Source: Foetidibacter luteolus (GTDB lineage Bacteria; Bacteroidota; Bacteroidia; Chitinophagales; Chitinophagaceae). Taken from it: DNA of 64,000 nt. Within the stretch, counting starts at the first letter, position 1; each line of letters opens with the position of its first letter. The position numbers and the translations under genes are program-made. The stretch spans positions 118,016 through 182,015 of the forward strand of contig NZ_VVIP01000067.1 in NCBI RefSeq assembly GCF_009650435.1, in the 5' to 3' direction. This document shows, piece after piece, positions 18,933 to 29,523 of this stretch. Under the pieces are notes generated by a model. It made no database searches and was not told the DNA's origin. It worked only from the letters and a program-made list of their open reading frames with translations.

Positions 18933-21317
18933 TTACTCACTTCTTAAACTCCTTACGGGGTTAGCCGCCGCGGCTTTAATAGCCTGAAAACTAATGGTGA
19001 GAAAAGCAATAGCGATAGCCGCGATGCCTCCAATGCCAAACATCCACCAGGCAATGTTGGTACGGTAAGCAAAATCCCGCAGCCAGATACTCATGATATA
19101 CCAACCAGCAGGCACAGCGATAACAAAAGCTATTACAACAAGTTTTAGAAAATCCAAAGACAGCAAATTCACAATGTTGGATACACTTGCACCCAGCACC
19201 TTACGTACGCCAATTTCTTTCGTTCGTTGAATTGTACTGTAAGAAGCAAGGCCCAGCAGGCCCAGGCAGGAGATAAAAATGGCCAATACAGCGAAATTAA
19301 AAAACAGGCTGCCAAATTTTTCTTCAGCCTTGTATTGACCATTGAATGATTCATCTAAAAATTTATACTCAAACGGCCTGTTGGGGATAGCCTCATTCCA
19401 TTTTTGCCTGATAGCCTTTATTGTAGCGGCAAGTTTATTGCCCGATACTTTTATGGAGATCATACCAAAGCCAAAAGGCTCTATGCGCATAACCAACGGC
19501 TGTATGTTCTGTTGCAGCGACTTATAATTGAAATCTTTCAATACGCCGATGATCTTTCCTTTTCTGCCCCATTGGTCAAAATTCCTGCCCACGGCCTCCT
19601 GCGGTGAAATATACCCGAAAGATTTAGCGGCGCTTTCGTTGATGACCATTGCCTGTGTACTATCCGTAAGAAATTCATGAGAAAAGGCACGGCCGGCAAC
19701 AAGCTTGAATTTATACTGGCTAATAAAATCAAAATCAACAAAGTATAAATCCAGATTGGTTTTCTGCATTTCGCCGGCTTTGTTTTGTATTTGCGAATAG
19801 GCTGAGTTATTTCCGTTGCCCGGAACATGCGATGAGTAGCATACTGACAATACACCAGGCACAGCGGCCACAGCTTGTTTAAATACATCTTTGTTACGGT
19901 CGTAATTTGTATTGATGAAGATCATTTGTTCTTTACTAAAGCCAAGGTCCCGGCTTCGCATATATTTTAGCTGCGTATAAACAATGATAGTACCAACAAT
20001 CAAAATAATAGACACCACAAATTGAAACACTACCAGGCCCTTTCTCAGTAACAAACCTTGCGTACCTGTTGAAAAACGACCTTTCAGCACATTCACAGGC
20101 TTAAAAGAAGAAAGTACCAGTGATGGGTAAAGCCCCGCGATTACGCCAATACCAACAGACAATAGAAACAAGCTTACAATATTTGAAGGGTTACTGAAGA
20201 TGCTGCTACTGATTACTTTACCGGCAAGTTGGTTGAACAACGGCATGAGTATTGAACAGAGCAGAAGGGATAATACAAATGCGATTAAAGAAATAATGAC
20301 AGATTCGCCAATAAATTGTTTGGCAAGCTGCATCCTCGCAGCGCCCACTACTTTACGTATGCCAACCTCTTTTGCCCGCTCTGTACTTCGCGCCGTAGTA
20401 AGGTTAATGAAGTTGATAGCCGCTATCAGCAAAATAAAAGCGGCGATGATGGAAAATATATATACGTTGTTCAGGCTGCCGGTTACAAAACCCTCACGTT
20501 TGGATTTTAAATACACATCCCGCAAGGGTTCAAGGCTCAACCAGTCCTGCATCTGCAATTCTTTTGCCTGCTTGCCATGGTGAAATTCCATGAAAGCGGG
20601 AAACTTTGCTTCAAGACCGTGGGCATCGGTGTTTGGCTTCAAAAGCAGGTAAGTATAATACCCGTGATTCGTCCATTCGCTGTCTGCTGTTGGCTGGCCA
20701 TAGATTTGCTGGAAGGATGACATGGATACAAGCATATCGGCCTGTACCTGCGAGTTCTCAGGAATATCCTTCATTACGGCAGTAATGGTGGCAGGTATGG
20801 CTGCGCCGGTAAGCAACACCTGCTGCCCCATAGGATTACCGTTACCAAAGTATTTCTTTGCTGTGGCTTGCGATAGTATGATGCTCATCGGCTCTTTGAG
20901 TGACGTGTTTTTATTACCGCTTACCAACGGGAAATCAAATATGTTGAAGAAAGTAGAATCAGCAAGCACCACATTCTGCTCCTGGAATTTTACATCTCCT
21001 TTCCTCACCAGGTAGCCATCGGTTGCAAGCCGTACAGATTCTTCAACTTCGGGAAAGTCTTTTTTTACATTACCTGCAATAGGCGCCGAAGTATAAGCCT
21101 GCTCAATGGTTTCAGATGGGGTTTTGGTATCAGTAATAACACGATAAATCCTGTTTGCTTTAGAATGAAAATTATCATAGCTTGTTTCAAAGCGTACATA
21201 TAAAAAAATGAGAAAGCAGGCGGTAAGGCCAACAGCCAATCCTGTTATATTAATAAATGAAAAAGCTTTATGCCGCCAGAGGTTCCTGGTTGCAATCTTG
21301 AGATAGTTTTTAAACAT
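18933..21317 (-). CDS. MacB/FtsX-type ABC transporter permease, array member F
   Basis: MFKNYLKIATRNLWRHKAFSFINITGLAVG...AAAANPVRSLRSE. Confidence 0.9.
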   Translation of the reverse strand: MFKNYLKIATRNLWRHKAFSFINITGLAVGLTACFLIFLYVRFETSYDNFHSKANRIYRVITDTKTPSETIEQAYTSAPIAGNVKKDFPEVEESVRLATDGYLVRKGDVKFQEQNVVLADSTFFNIFDFPLVSGNKNTSLKEPMSIILSQATAKKYFGNGNPMGQQVLLTGAAIPATITAVMKDIPENSQVQADMLVSMSSFQQIYGQPTADSEWTNHGYYTYLLLKPNTDAHGLEAKFPAFMEFHHGKQAKELQMQDWLSLEPLRDVYLKSKREGFVTGSLNNVYIFSIIAAFILLIAAINFINLTTARSTERAKEVGIRKVVGAARMQLAKQFIGESVIISLIAFVLSLLLCSILMPLFNQLAGKVISSSIFSNPSNIVSLFLLSVGIGVIAGLYPSLVLSSFKPVNVLKGRFSTGTQGLLLRKGLVVFQFVVSIILIVGTIIVYTQLKYMRSRDLGFSKEQMIFINTNYDRNKDVFKQAVAAVPGVLSVCYSSHVPGNGNNSAYSQIQNKAGEMQKTNLDLYFVDFDFISQYKFKLVAGRAFSHEFLTDSTQAMVINESAAKSFGYISPQEAVGRNFDQWGRKGKIIGVLKDFNYKSLQQNIQPLVMRIEPFGFGMISIKVSGNKLAATIKAIRQKWNEAIPNRPFEYKFLDESFNGQYKAEEKFGSLFFNFAVLAIFISCLGLLGLASYSTIQRTKEIGVRKVLGASVSNIVNLLSLDFLKLVVIAFVIAVPAGWYIMSIWLRDFAYRTNIAWWMFGIGGIAAIAIAFLTISFQAIKAAAANPVRSLRSE

Positions 21318-21364
21318 GGGATGATATTTTGTTATTCACGTTCTGTTGCTTAATATAAGAAAGT

Positions 21365-21460
21365 GTTCTGCTGAACGCTTGCTCAGTAATGTTGAGAAAG
21401 CACACGAGTGCGACGCAACAATGTTACATGCTTGTTCCATCGCAGGGCCTATAAAAAATC
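21365..21460 (+). repeat. F1 repeat copy
   Basis: CACGAGTGCGACGCAACAATGTTACATGCTTGTTCC...GGGCCTATAAAAAA. Confidence 0.65.
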
Positions 21461-21642
21461 CGCAAATACAACCGGTAAATGAAAGCCCGTTCATTAGACC
21501 TATTTAATAAAATATTTTTGTCATTTCGACGAAGGAGAAATCTATTCATCATCCAATATCAGATGCCTCATTCTTCGGAATGATAAAACCTCTTATTTAT
21601 AGAAAAAATGATTTATGCAAGAGGTCTAATTGACTATTGTCG

Positions 21643-24021
21643 CTACTCGCTCCTTAAACTTTTAACCGGGCTAATCAATGCCGCTTTTATGCTTTGATAA
21701 CTTACTGTAAGCAGTGCAATACCAATAGCCGCGAAACCAGCCAGCAAAAACACCCACCATTCTATGCTTACTTTATAGGCAAACTCCTGCAGCCAGCTAT
21801 TCATGGCAAACCATGAAACAGGAAATGCTATCAGCATGGCGATAAACACCAACTTTAAAAAATCAGACGCCAGCAAGGAAACAATGGTTGATACAGATGC
21901 ACCCAGTACTTTACGCACACCTATTTCTTTGGTACGCTGTGCCGCGGTAAATGTTGCCAGGCCAAATAGACCGAGGCATGAAATGAAAATTGCCAGGAAT
22001 GCAAAGTAGCTGGAAAGGCTGCTAACCACTGCCTCACTGCGATACAGGTTATCAAACTCTATATCGGAGAACCGGTAAGTAAAGGGCACTTTGGGGTTAA
22101 GTGATTTGCAGATTTTCTCTAATGCTTCAATAGATTGTTTTGTTTGTCCCGGGCGTATTCTTACAAGTATAGTGCCCCAGGGCCAGTTTTCATCAAGCCG
22201 TACAATCAACGGCTCAATAGACTGGTGCATGGAGTTAAAATGAAAATCTTTCAGCACGCCGATAATTGTTCCCTTACGGTTTCCCCAGCTAACAGTTTTG
22301 CCTACGGGATTTGTATATCCTATCCTTTTAACCGCTTCCTCGTTAAGCAGGTAAGCGGCCGAATCTGTTCCATAACTTTCTGAAAAATCACGGCCTTCTT
22401 TTAACTGCAGTTTCATGGTTTTTGTAAAGTCGTAACCAACAACCGCATCTGCAAAAGAAATTGTTACGCCAGGATCTTTACCCTCCCAGGATATGCTGCC
22501 GGTATGATGCTCAATAACAGTAGGTGAATTCCTCATTTTGGAGATGGCCTGTATGCCTGGAACTTTCTTAAGTTCCTGCTTAAACGCACTGTAGTTCTTA
22601 ATCAGGTCTCCTTCTATGGGAACGTACAAAAGGTTTTCGCGGTTATATCCTATGTTGCTGCTTTGTATATAATCAACCTGCTTGTATATCACAATCATGC
22701 CGACAATAAGCATAATAGAAAGTGCGAACTGGAAAACAACAAGCCCTTTTCTAAATAATGTCGCCTTCCAGCTAAACTTTAGCGTGCCTTTTAACACCGT
22801 CACGGGGTTAAATGAGGAGAGAAACAAAGCAGGATAACTGCCCGATACAAAGCCCGTAATAACCAATAATGCTGCAACCACCGCCCAAAATGCCGGTTGT
22901 GCCAGCGGCAACGAAAGCGTCTTGCCTGTAAGATTATTAAAAGCCGGTAAAAGCAATGCCGCCAAACCAAGGGCTATCACTACAGCAAAAAAAGTTATCA
23001 GCATTGCTTCGCCTATAAACTGGCCTATTAAAACAGAACGAATAGCGCCAATAACTTTTCTCAGCCCAACTTCTTTGGCCCTGGCTGATGAGCGTGCAGT
23101 AGCCAGGTTCATAAAATTGATACAGGCTATGAGCAAAACAAAAATGGCCAGCAGTGTAAAAAGTTGAACATACTCTATGCGGCCTCCATCAACTTTGCCG
23201 TTCTTAAGGGTGGAGTGCAGGTACTTTTCCGCGTAGGGCTGCAATGCAAGTTCTGTAACGAAAGATTTGTCTTTCTGCTGGTAACGGTAAATAAAATCTT
23301 TAATCCTTGCTTCTACCGCAGCAGCGTTTGCGCCAGCCTGCAACTGAACATACGTGTTAGGGCTGGTATTGCTCCAGTTGTTTACCCATTTGTTTTCTTT
23401 TACAAAATCAGCCCAGCTTCTTAAGAAATCAAATTGCTGAGAAGAGTTGGCTGGTACATTTTCAAATACGGCGGTTACCTGGAGGTCTTGCTTATTTTCA
23501 AAACGTATGGCCTTACCAATAGCATTTTCGGGAGTACCGAAAAACATATTTGCCATTCTGCGGGATATAGCTATGGCATTTGGCGTACTTAAAGCTGTCT
23601 GCATTTTGCCTTGCAGCAATGGATAGCTAAACATGCTAAAGAAATCTGCACCGGCAAAAAAGCCTTGCATCTTGGTAATCTTTCCACTTGCTTCAAATGT
23701 GCTGCTGGTACCGGGCGGGGCTACATATTCCATTCCTGATGCATACTGCACTTCGGGTATTATTCTTTTTAGCTCATCTGCCAGCAAGCCCTGGGTGGAA
23801 TAGCCCGCCTCTACTTTCCCGTCATAATAGTTACGCTCGTATACCTGGTATAACAGGTTACTATTGGTATGGAATTTATCTACGCTGCGTTCATCATACA
23901 CCCAAAGCATAATAAGCAGGCTGCAAGCCATGCCCAGCCCCAGCCCCAGGATATTAATGGCAGAAAAAGCCTTATTTCTTATCAAATTTCGCCATGCGAT
24001 TTTTAAATAACTTTTATACAT
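21643..24021 (-). CDS. MacB/FtsX-type ABC transporter permease, array member G
   Basis: True start MYKSYLKIAWRNLIRNKAFSAINILGL (ATG at 24019-24021). The ORF-track start at 24114 is an upstream extension through the F1 repeat. C-terminus ALISPVKSLRSE. Confidence 0.9.
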   Translation of the reverse strand: MYKSYLKIAWRNLIRNKAFSAINILGLGLGMACSLLIMLWVYDERSVDKFHTNSNLLYQVYERNYYDGKVEAGYSTQGLLADELKRIIPEVQYASGMEYVAPPGTSSTFEASGKITKMQGFFAGADFFSMFSYPLLQGKMQTALSTPNAIAISRRMANMFFGTPENAIGKAIRFENKQDLQVTAVFENVPANSSQQFDFLRSWADFVKENKWVNNWSNTSPNTYVQLQAGANAAAVEARIKDFIYRYQQKDKSFVTELALQPYAEKYLHSTLKNGKVDGGRIEYVQLFTLLAIFVLLIACINFMNLATARSSARAKEVGLRKVIGAIRSVLIGQFIGEAMLITFFAVVIALGLAALLLPAFNNLTGKTLSLPLAQPAFWAVVAALLVITGFVSGSYPALFLSSFNPVTVLKGTLKFSWKATLFRKGLVVFQFALSIMLIVGMIVIYKQVDYIQSSNIGYNRENLLYVPIEGDLIKNYSAFKQELKKVPGIQAISKMRNSPTVIEHHTGSISWEGKDPGVTISFADAVVGYDFTKTMKLQLKEGRDFSESYGTDSAAYLLNEEAVKRIGYTNPVGKTVSWGNRKGTIIGVLKDFHFNSMHQSIEPLIVRLDENWPWGTILVRIRPGQTKQSIEALEKICKSLNPKVPFTYRFSDIEFDNLYRSEAVVSSLSSYFAFLAIFISCLGLFGLATFTAAQRTKEIGVRKVLGASVSTIVSLLASDFLKLVFIAMLIAFPVSWFAMNSWLQEFAYKVSIEWWVFLLAGFAAIGIALLTVSYQSIKAALISPVKSLRSE

Positions 24022-24029
24022 GGTCAGGT

Positions 24030-24160
24030 TTTTTGTGTTGAAGTTTATTTGTTTGCTGTTGCCACGAAGCCGGATTGCTGCATAGCGGACAAAGCGTACA
24101 AGAGTGCGACGCAACTATGCTTCATAGTAGTACCTCCTGCCGGGCCCATAAAAAAATCCA
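24030..24160 (+). repeat. F1 repeat copy
   Basis: GGATTGCTGCATAGCGGACAAAGCGTACAAGAGTGCGACGCAACTATGCTTCATAGTAGTACCTCCTGCCGGGCCCATAAAAAAA. Confidence 0.7.
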
Positions 24161-24221
24161 CAAGGCATGGGCAAAAAGGTAATAAGCAAAAACAATACAT
24201 CGTTGCGGGCCGGAGTGATGG

Positions 24222-26642
24222 CTACTCGTTCCTTAAACTTTTTACCGGGTTAACCAATGCTGCTTTGATTGCCTGGAAACTAACCGTTGCTACCGCTATT
24301 AATATAGCTGCTGCGGCCGCCAGCAGAAACATCCACCAACTCATATCAATTCTATACGCAAAATCCTGCAGCCATTTATGCATCACGAAATACGACAACG
24401 GAAACGCGATGACGCAACCTATAGCTACCAGCTTTAAAAAATCTCCGGAAAGCATAGTGGTAACCTGTGCCACACTTGCGCCCAGCACTTTTCTTATGCC
24501 TATTTCTTTAGAGCGTCGCTCTGCCGTATAGGTAGCCAGGCCAAACAATCCCATGCATGCTACAATAATGGTAAGAGCCGTAAAGATGTTAAGAATGCGA
24601 CCGGTTTTTTGTTCAGCAGCATAAGTTTGGTTGTACAGCTCATCCATAAATGCATAGCTAAAAGGTTCTTCGGAAGTAAGTTTTTGCCATTGCGTTTTTA
24701 TACCCGCAAGCAAATCACTAATATGCTCAGCCCTCACTTTTACAATAATGCCAGACTCCGGCTGCAACACCATCAACAACGGTGTTATGGCTTCATGCAG
24801 CGATTTAAAGTGAAAATCTTTTACAACACCAACAACAGTAAATGCAACATTTTTTCCCCGGTGGCTGTTCTCTCTTATAATTCTTTTACCCACTGCATTA
24901 TTGCCCCAGCCAAAAGCCCTGGCAGCGCTTTCATTAATAATCATGCCTAAAGAATCTGTAGGAAATGTGGCTGAAAAATTCCTGCCTGCCGCCATTTGCA
25001 TACCCAATGTTGGAATATATTGTTCATCAATTTTATATTCCAGTGTTTTCATCATCATATCTTCTCTGCCCTCTGGGTACGCTAAAGAATTGTTGTTAAA
25101 GCTTGGGCCGGCCGGTTTATAACCAGACACGGTGATGTTTATAACCCGGGGGTCTTTCAATAGCTGCTCTTTAAAATATTTTTCATTTTTACCGAGCGCC
25201 CATGAATTGTTCAACACCAGCAAATGTTCTTTATCGTACCCCAGTTTAGCACTGCGAATGAAATTCATTTGCTGGTAAATAACAATGGTTCCTGTAATTA
25301 AACTAACTGAAATAAAGAATTGGAAAACCACAAGGCTGCTTCTTAAGCCAAAGCTCTTTTTACCGGCAGTCAGGTTGCCTTTGAGGGTAGTTATAGGTTT
25401 AAATGAAGAAAGAAAAAATGCCGGATAAATACCTGCCAGCAAGCCAACCAATAAACCAAGACTGAGAAGCACTGCCAACGGCTTAAAGCTAAAACCGAGC
25501 GATAAATTCTTGCCCGATAAATCATTAAACACAGGCAAAGCCATCTGTACAAATACGGTAGATAAAACCAGGGCTACACATGTTATCAATACAGATTCCA
25601 GTAAAAACTGTTGTATTAATGCGGGTTTACCAGAGCCCATTACTTTGCGCAGGCCTACTTCCTTTGCTCTTTTAGAAGCCCCGGCGGTAGAAAGATTAAT
25701 AAAATTTATACAGGCTATCAGTAACATAAAAAAGGCCACCGCACTAAAAATGTATATATATCTTATATCCCCACTGGGGCCTAATTCAAAATTACTGTGA
25801 GAGTAAAAATGTATATCTGTTAAAGGCTGCAGAACAAAACCAAGCTCGTTTCCTTTTGTTCTAAACTGTGCCAGGCTTAAACCCATTTCCTGCTGTATTT
25901 GGGGGCCCATATATTTCTCTACCATGCCGGGCAGTTTGGCTTCTAGTTTCTTATAGCTAAAGCCCTTTTTTAAAACCAGGTATGTAAAAAAGTTGGATGC
26001 CATCCAGGTAGGTTGCCGGGCCTCATCCAGGGTTGCCATAGACCCAAACATATCAAAGTGAAAATGAGAATTAGCCGGTACTTTATCTATTACACCTGTT
26101 ACTTTTAATGGGTTGTTATTATTAAAGATCAGCACTTTGCCAATGGGCTCTTCATCACCAAAAAACTTATGCACCTGTTCTTTTGTTATAACCACAGCGT
26201 CAGGCTGTAATAATGCTGTTTTTGCATCGCCTTTTATAAACGGCAACGTGAATACATTAAAAAAGTTAGCGTCAACAAAAGCAAGTTCCGCGTCTTTAAA
26301 AGACTTGTCTTTATACGCAACCTTTGGCCTTCCATCAACATGCAGGCGGGTAGCTTCTTCCACTTCCGGGTAGTCATTCATTAACGCCTGGGCTACCGGT
26401 GGCATTACATTAGCCTCATTTATTTTTCCCCCATTAATACTTGCATTAAAAACAATACGGTATGTCCTGTCTGCTTTTGTATTAAAACGATCGAAGCTTA
26501 ATTCATCTTGCACAAAAAGCATGATAATAAAGCACACGGAAATTCCAATGGATAGGCCAAGGATGTTAATCAACGAGAAAGCTTTGTTTTTCAGAAAGCT
26601 TCTGTAAGCAATTTTAAAATAATTCTTAAGCATGCCTTTCAA
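24222..26642 (-). CDS. MacB/FtsX-type ABC transporter permease, array member H
   Basis: MKGMLKNYFKIAYRSFLKNKAFSLINILGL (start may be the second Met)...ALVNPVKSLRNE. Confidence 0.9.
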   Translation of the reverse strand: MKGMLKNYFKIAYRSFLKNKAFSLINILGLSIGISVCFIIMLFVQDELSFDRFNTKADRTYRIVFNASINGGKINEANVMPPVAQALMNDYPEVEEATRLHVDGRPKVAYKDKSFKDAELAFVDANFFNVFTLPFIKGDAKTALLQPDAVVITKEQVHKFFGDEEPIGKVLIFNNNNPLKVTGVIDKVPANSHFHFDMFGSMATLDEARQPTWMASNFFTYLVLKKGFSYKKLEAKLPGMVEKYMGPQIQQEMGLSLAQFRTKGNELGFVLQPLTDIHFYSHSNFELGPSGDIRYIYIFSAVAFFMLLIACINFINLSTAGASKRAKEVGLRKVMGSGKPALIQQFLLESVLITCVALVLSTVFVQMALPVFNDLSGKNLSLGFSFKPLAVLLSLGLLVGLLAGIYPAFFLSSFKPITTLKGNLTAGKKSFGLRSSLVVFQFFISVSLITGTIVIYQQMNFIRSAKLGYDKEHLLVLNNSWALGKNEKYFKEQLLKDPRVINITVSGYKPAGPSFNNNSLAYPEGREDMMMKTLEYKIDEQYIPTLGMQMAAGRNFSATFPTDSLGMIINESAARAFGWGNNAVGKRIIRENSHRGKNVAFTVVGVVKDFHFKSLHEAITPLLMVLQPESGIIVKVRAEHISDLLAGIKTQWQKLTSEEPFSYAFMDELYNQTYAAEQKTGRILNIFTALTIIVACMGLFGLATYTAERRSKEIGIRKVLGASVAQVTTMLSGDFLKLVAIGCVIAFPLSYFVMHKWLQDFAYRIDMSWWMFLLAAAAAILIAVATVSFQAIKAALVNPVKSLRNE

Positions 26643-26694
26643 TTTATTACCAGTTACCAGTTGGGCAGCTTCCGGTATGTTTTAATAATTATGA

Positions 26695-26790
26695 ACTTAG
26701 CAGCATTGCTACTATTAAGCTTTTCTTGTGTCACTCACTTGTACTGCAACAATTCTATTCAACAGTTGCAGCAGCACGCCCCAGGTACAA
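26695..26790 (+). repeat. F3 repeat copy
   Basis: GCAGCATTGCTACTATTAAGCTTTTCTTGTGTCACTCACTTGTACTGC. Confidence 0.6.
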
Positions 26791-26830
26791 AAGCGCCGTT
26801 TGTTACCACGCCATGTACATCCCTGGTATA

Positions 26831-29236
26831 TTATTCCGTCCTTAAACTTTTAACAGGGTTAGCAACCGCTACCTTAAAGCATTGCAAGGCGATAAGCCCA
26901 AAAGCTATCACTGAAATAAAAACCAACACAAGCAGGTAAGGGAAAACATCCTGGTTAATACGATAAGCAAAATTTTGCAAAAGGTTTTCTGTAACCATAT
27001 AAGCAAGTGGCCAGGCAATAATGTTTGCCAGTACAATAAGCACGGCATACTCTTTTAAAAATAGGAAAATGATATTGCCGGCATCTGCGCCAAGTACTTT
27101 ACGAACTGCTATCTCCTTGTTTCTCTTATTAAGCATAAAAGCTACTACGCCAACAATACCCAGCAAAACAATTATCACGTTAAGAATAGTAGCAATATTC
27201 GCCGCTGTTCGTAACTGCAGTTCCGCTTTATAGAGGGAGGCAAACTTATCATCCATAAAAGTGTATTCAAATGGCGCTGATGGCACAAAGGATTTCCATT
27301 TACTTTTTATATCGTTGATGGAGCCGGAAATATTTTCCGTGTTCAATTTTACTACTAGGTACCGGTAAGCATTACCACTGTTTATATGAACATAGCCTAT
27401 GGCCCCAATCTTTTCCTGCAGCGAAGAGAAATTGAAATCCTTCATTACGCCTGCAACGGTAATGGGAGCGCCAGCGGCACCGGTTTCTATTATGCGCCCT
27501 ACCGCGTTTTGTGATGTAAGCCCCAGTTGTTTCGCGGCCGTTTCGTTTATTACTATCCCGTTTTTGCTGTTGGCAAAGAAGGAGCCTGCCATCATCTTTA
27601 TACCGAACGTTTTGGCATAATCTTCATCGGCTGCCGCCACTGGTAAGTTTAGCTGGTTATTTTTATCACCGGCATTTTTGAGAGGATAAAGAACAATACG
27701 CCCAAAAGGGGTGCTTTCAGGAAGGTCGAAAACCAACGAAGCATTTTTTACTTCCGGCAACTGGAGCAGGCCCTGTTTAATGCTTTCCATTCTTGCTACG
27801 CCGGCGCTATCCCACTGTTTGGGAAAAGCGGTTATTACCAGCAACTGGTCTTTGCTGTAACCGAGGTCTTTTTGAAAGATAAATGATACCTGTTTTGACA
27901 GGTTTAAAGTGCAGATAAAAACCACTATAGCCAGGGAGAACTGTACTATCAGCAGCCCACGTTTTAAAACAAGCCCTCCGGTTGAACTGTCTATCTTACC
28001 CTTTACTGCATGCAAAAGATTTTTTGAACTTAGCACGAATGCGGGATAAAGACCCGCCAAAACGCCAATCAGTACTGCGAATGACAGCAACAGGCCAAAC
28101 TCGGCCAGGCCAAAGCGCCAGAAAGATAAAAGCTCTGCATTTAACACCTGGGAGAACACCGGGCGGCACAACTGGTACAGCACAATGGAAATAACAGCGG
28201 CAATCATGGAAAGTATCAATGACTCAGTAACAAACTGAAATATGATTTGCTTCCTGGCGCCTCCAAATGTTTTACGCAATCCTATTTCTTTAAGCCTGTA
28301 AGAAGACGTACCGATATTTATGTTGACAAAGTTGATGATAACCATCAGCAGGATAAATACCGCGATGATAGAAAGAACCATTATCATCTTTCGCACAGCA
28401 CCGTTATTGTCATTAAGGTAGTAATCTCCTACGGGCACCATAGCGGCGGAAAGGTTCTTCCAAACAAAGTCTGCACTGTTCTTTTTAAGAAGGCTATTCA
28501 AAAGCGGCTCAACAGTTTTGGGGTTAACACCGGGCATTAATTCCAGGAAGCTTATTTCATTGGTATTATCCCAGCTTAAAGAGGGGTCTTGTACGGAGAA
28601 AAAGCGGCTGCCTGTTGTTGGTATGTACACACTGTATTTGCCGCTGATAAGGTTGGTTACTGAATTATAGGGTATATCCTTCAGTACCGCAGATACCATA
28701 TAATCCTGCGTAACACCTGCAACCGTTGTTTGGATAGTTAAGGTTTTGCCGACGGCATTTTTTGTTCCAAACAATTTTGCGGCAAAGCTTTCCGTAATTA
28801 TGGCAGAGCTGTTATTGGCAAAAGCCTTATTCTTATCCCCATACAGCAGGGGGAAACCATACATACTTACCAGCGTAGTATCGCCTATGGCGATATCTTC
28901 TTTAAAATGTTTATCCCCGGCAGATACAACATTGGTAACCGGGTTATACCTGAAATAATTTTTAATAAGGCTGGGATAATTTTCTTTGGCTGCCTTTGCC
29001 AATGCCGAAATGCTTACTATTTCAAGCCCTAAATCTTTTTGCTTGTAGATGCTTTTAAGAAAATACTGGTTTTCTATGTTACTCAGGCTTTTATTTACAC
29101 GCTGCTGGTTTAGTACATATACAGCAATGATCATTGAAAAGGTAATGCCGATGGAAAGGCATAAAATGTTGATGAACGAAAACAATTTATGCCTTTTGAA
29201 ATTTCTGATAGCAACGGTTATATAGTTTTTCAGCAT
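26831..29236 (-). CDS. MacB/FtsX-type ABC transporter permease, array member I (the most divergent copy)
   Basis: MLKNYITVAIRNFKRHKLFSFINILCLSIG...AVANPVKSLRTE. Confidence 0.85.
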   Translation of the reverse strand: MLKNYITVAIRNFKRHKLFSFINILCLSIGITFSMIIAVYVLNQQRVNKSLSNIENQYFLKSIYKQKDLGLEIVSISALAKAAKENYPSLIKNYFRYNPVTNVVSAGDKHFKEDIAIGDTTLVSMYGFPLLYGDKNKAFANNSSAIITESFAAKLFGTKNAVGKTLTIQTTVAGVTQDYMVSAVLKDIPYNSVTNLISGKYSVYIPTTGSRFFSVQDPSLSWDNTNEISFLELMPGVNPKTVEPLLNSLLKKNSADFVWKNLSAAMVPVGDYYLNDNNGAVRKMIMVLSIIAVFILLMVIINFVNINIGTSSYRLKEIGLRKTFGGARKQIIFQFVTESLILSMIAAVISIVLYQLCRPVFSQVLNAELLSFWRFGLAEFGLLLSFAVLIGVLAGLYPAFVLSSKNLLHAVKGKIDSSTGGLVLKRGLLIVQFSLAIVVFICTLNLSKQVSFIFQKDLGYSKDQLLVITAFPKQWDSAGVARMESIKQGLLQLPEVKNASLVFDLPESTPFGRIVLYPLKNAGDKNNQLNLPVAAADEDYAKTFGIKMMAGSFFANSKNGIVINETAAKQLGLTSQNAVGRIIETGAAGAPITVAGVMKDFNFSSLQEKIGAIGYVHINSGNAYRYLVVKLNTENISGSINDIKSKWKSFVPSAPFEYTFMDDKFASLYKAELQLRTAANIATILNVIIVLLGIVGVVAFMLNKRNKEIAVRKVLGADAGNIIFLFLKEYAVLIVLANIIAWPLAYMVTENLLQNFAYRINQDVFPYLLVLVFISVIAFGLIALQCFKVAVANPVKSLRTE

Positions 29237-29299
29237 AGTTTGATTTTCAGATTATACAATAGCCAAACTCAGTATTCTCTTATATAGCCAACCTATTTT

Positions 29300-29500
29300 A
29301 AATGCCGGAGCGAGGTAATCATTTTACGGCCAGATTGCTGCGTAGCGAATCCAACAGTACAAGAGTGCGACGCAAGTAAAGCCTCATAGTAGCACCTTCT
29401 GCCGGGCCCATAAATAAAACCATAGTCATAAGGACAAAAAGTCACAAAGGCAAGCAAGTCTTCAAGGCAATGAGTCACTAAGTAATTTTGCTTAAAAGCA
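29300..29500 (+). repeat. F1 repeat copy (long form)
   Basis: GATTGCTGCGTAGCGAATCCAACAGTACAAGAGTGCGACGCAAGTAAAGCCTCATAGTAGCACCTTCTGCCGGGCCCATAAATAAAACCATAGTCATAAGG...AGTCACTAAGTAATT. Confidence 0.7.
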
Positions 29501-29523
29501 TCACATAACACATCGCTACCGCC

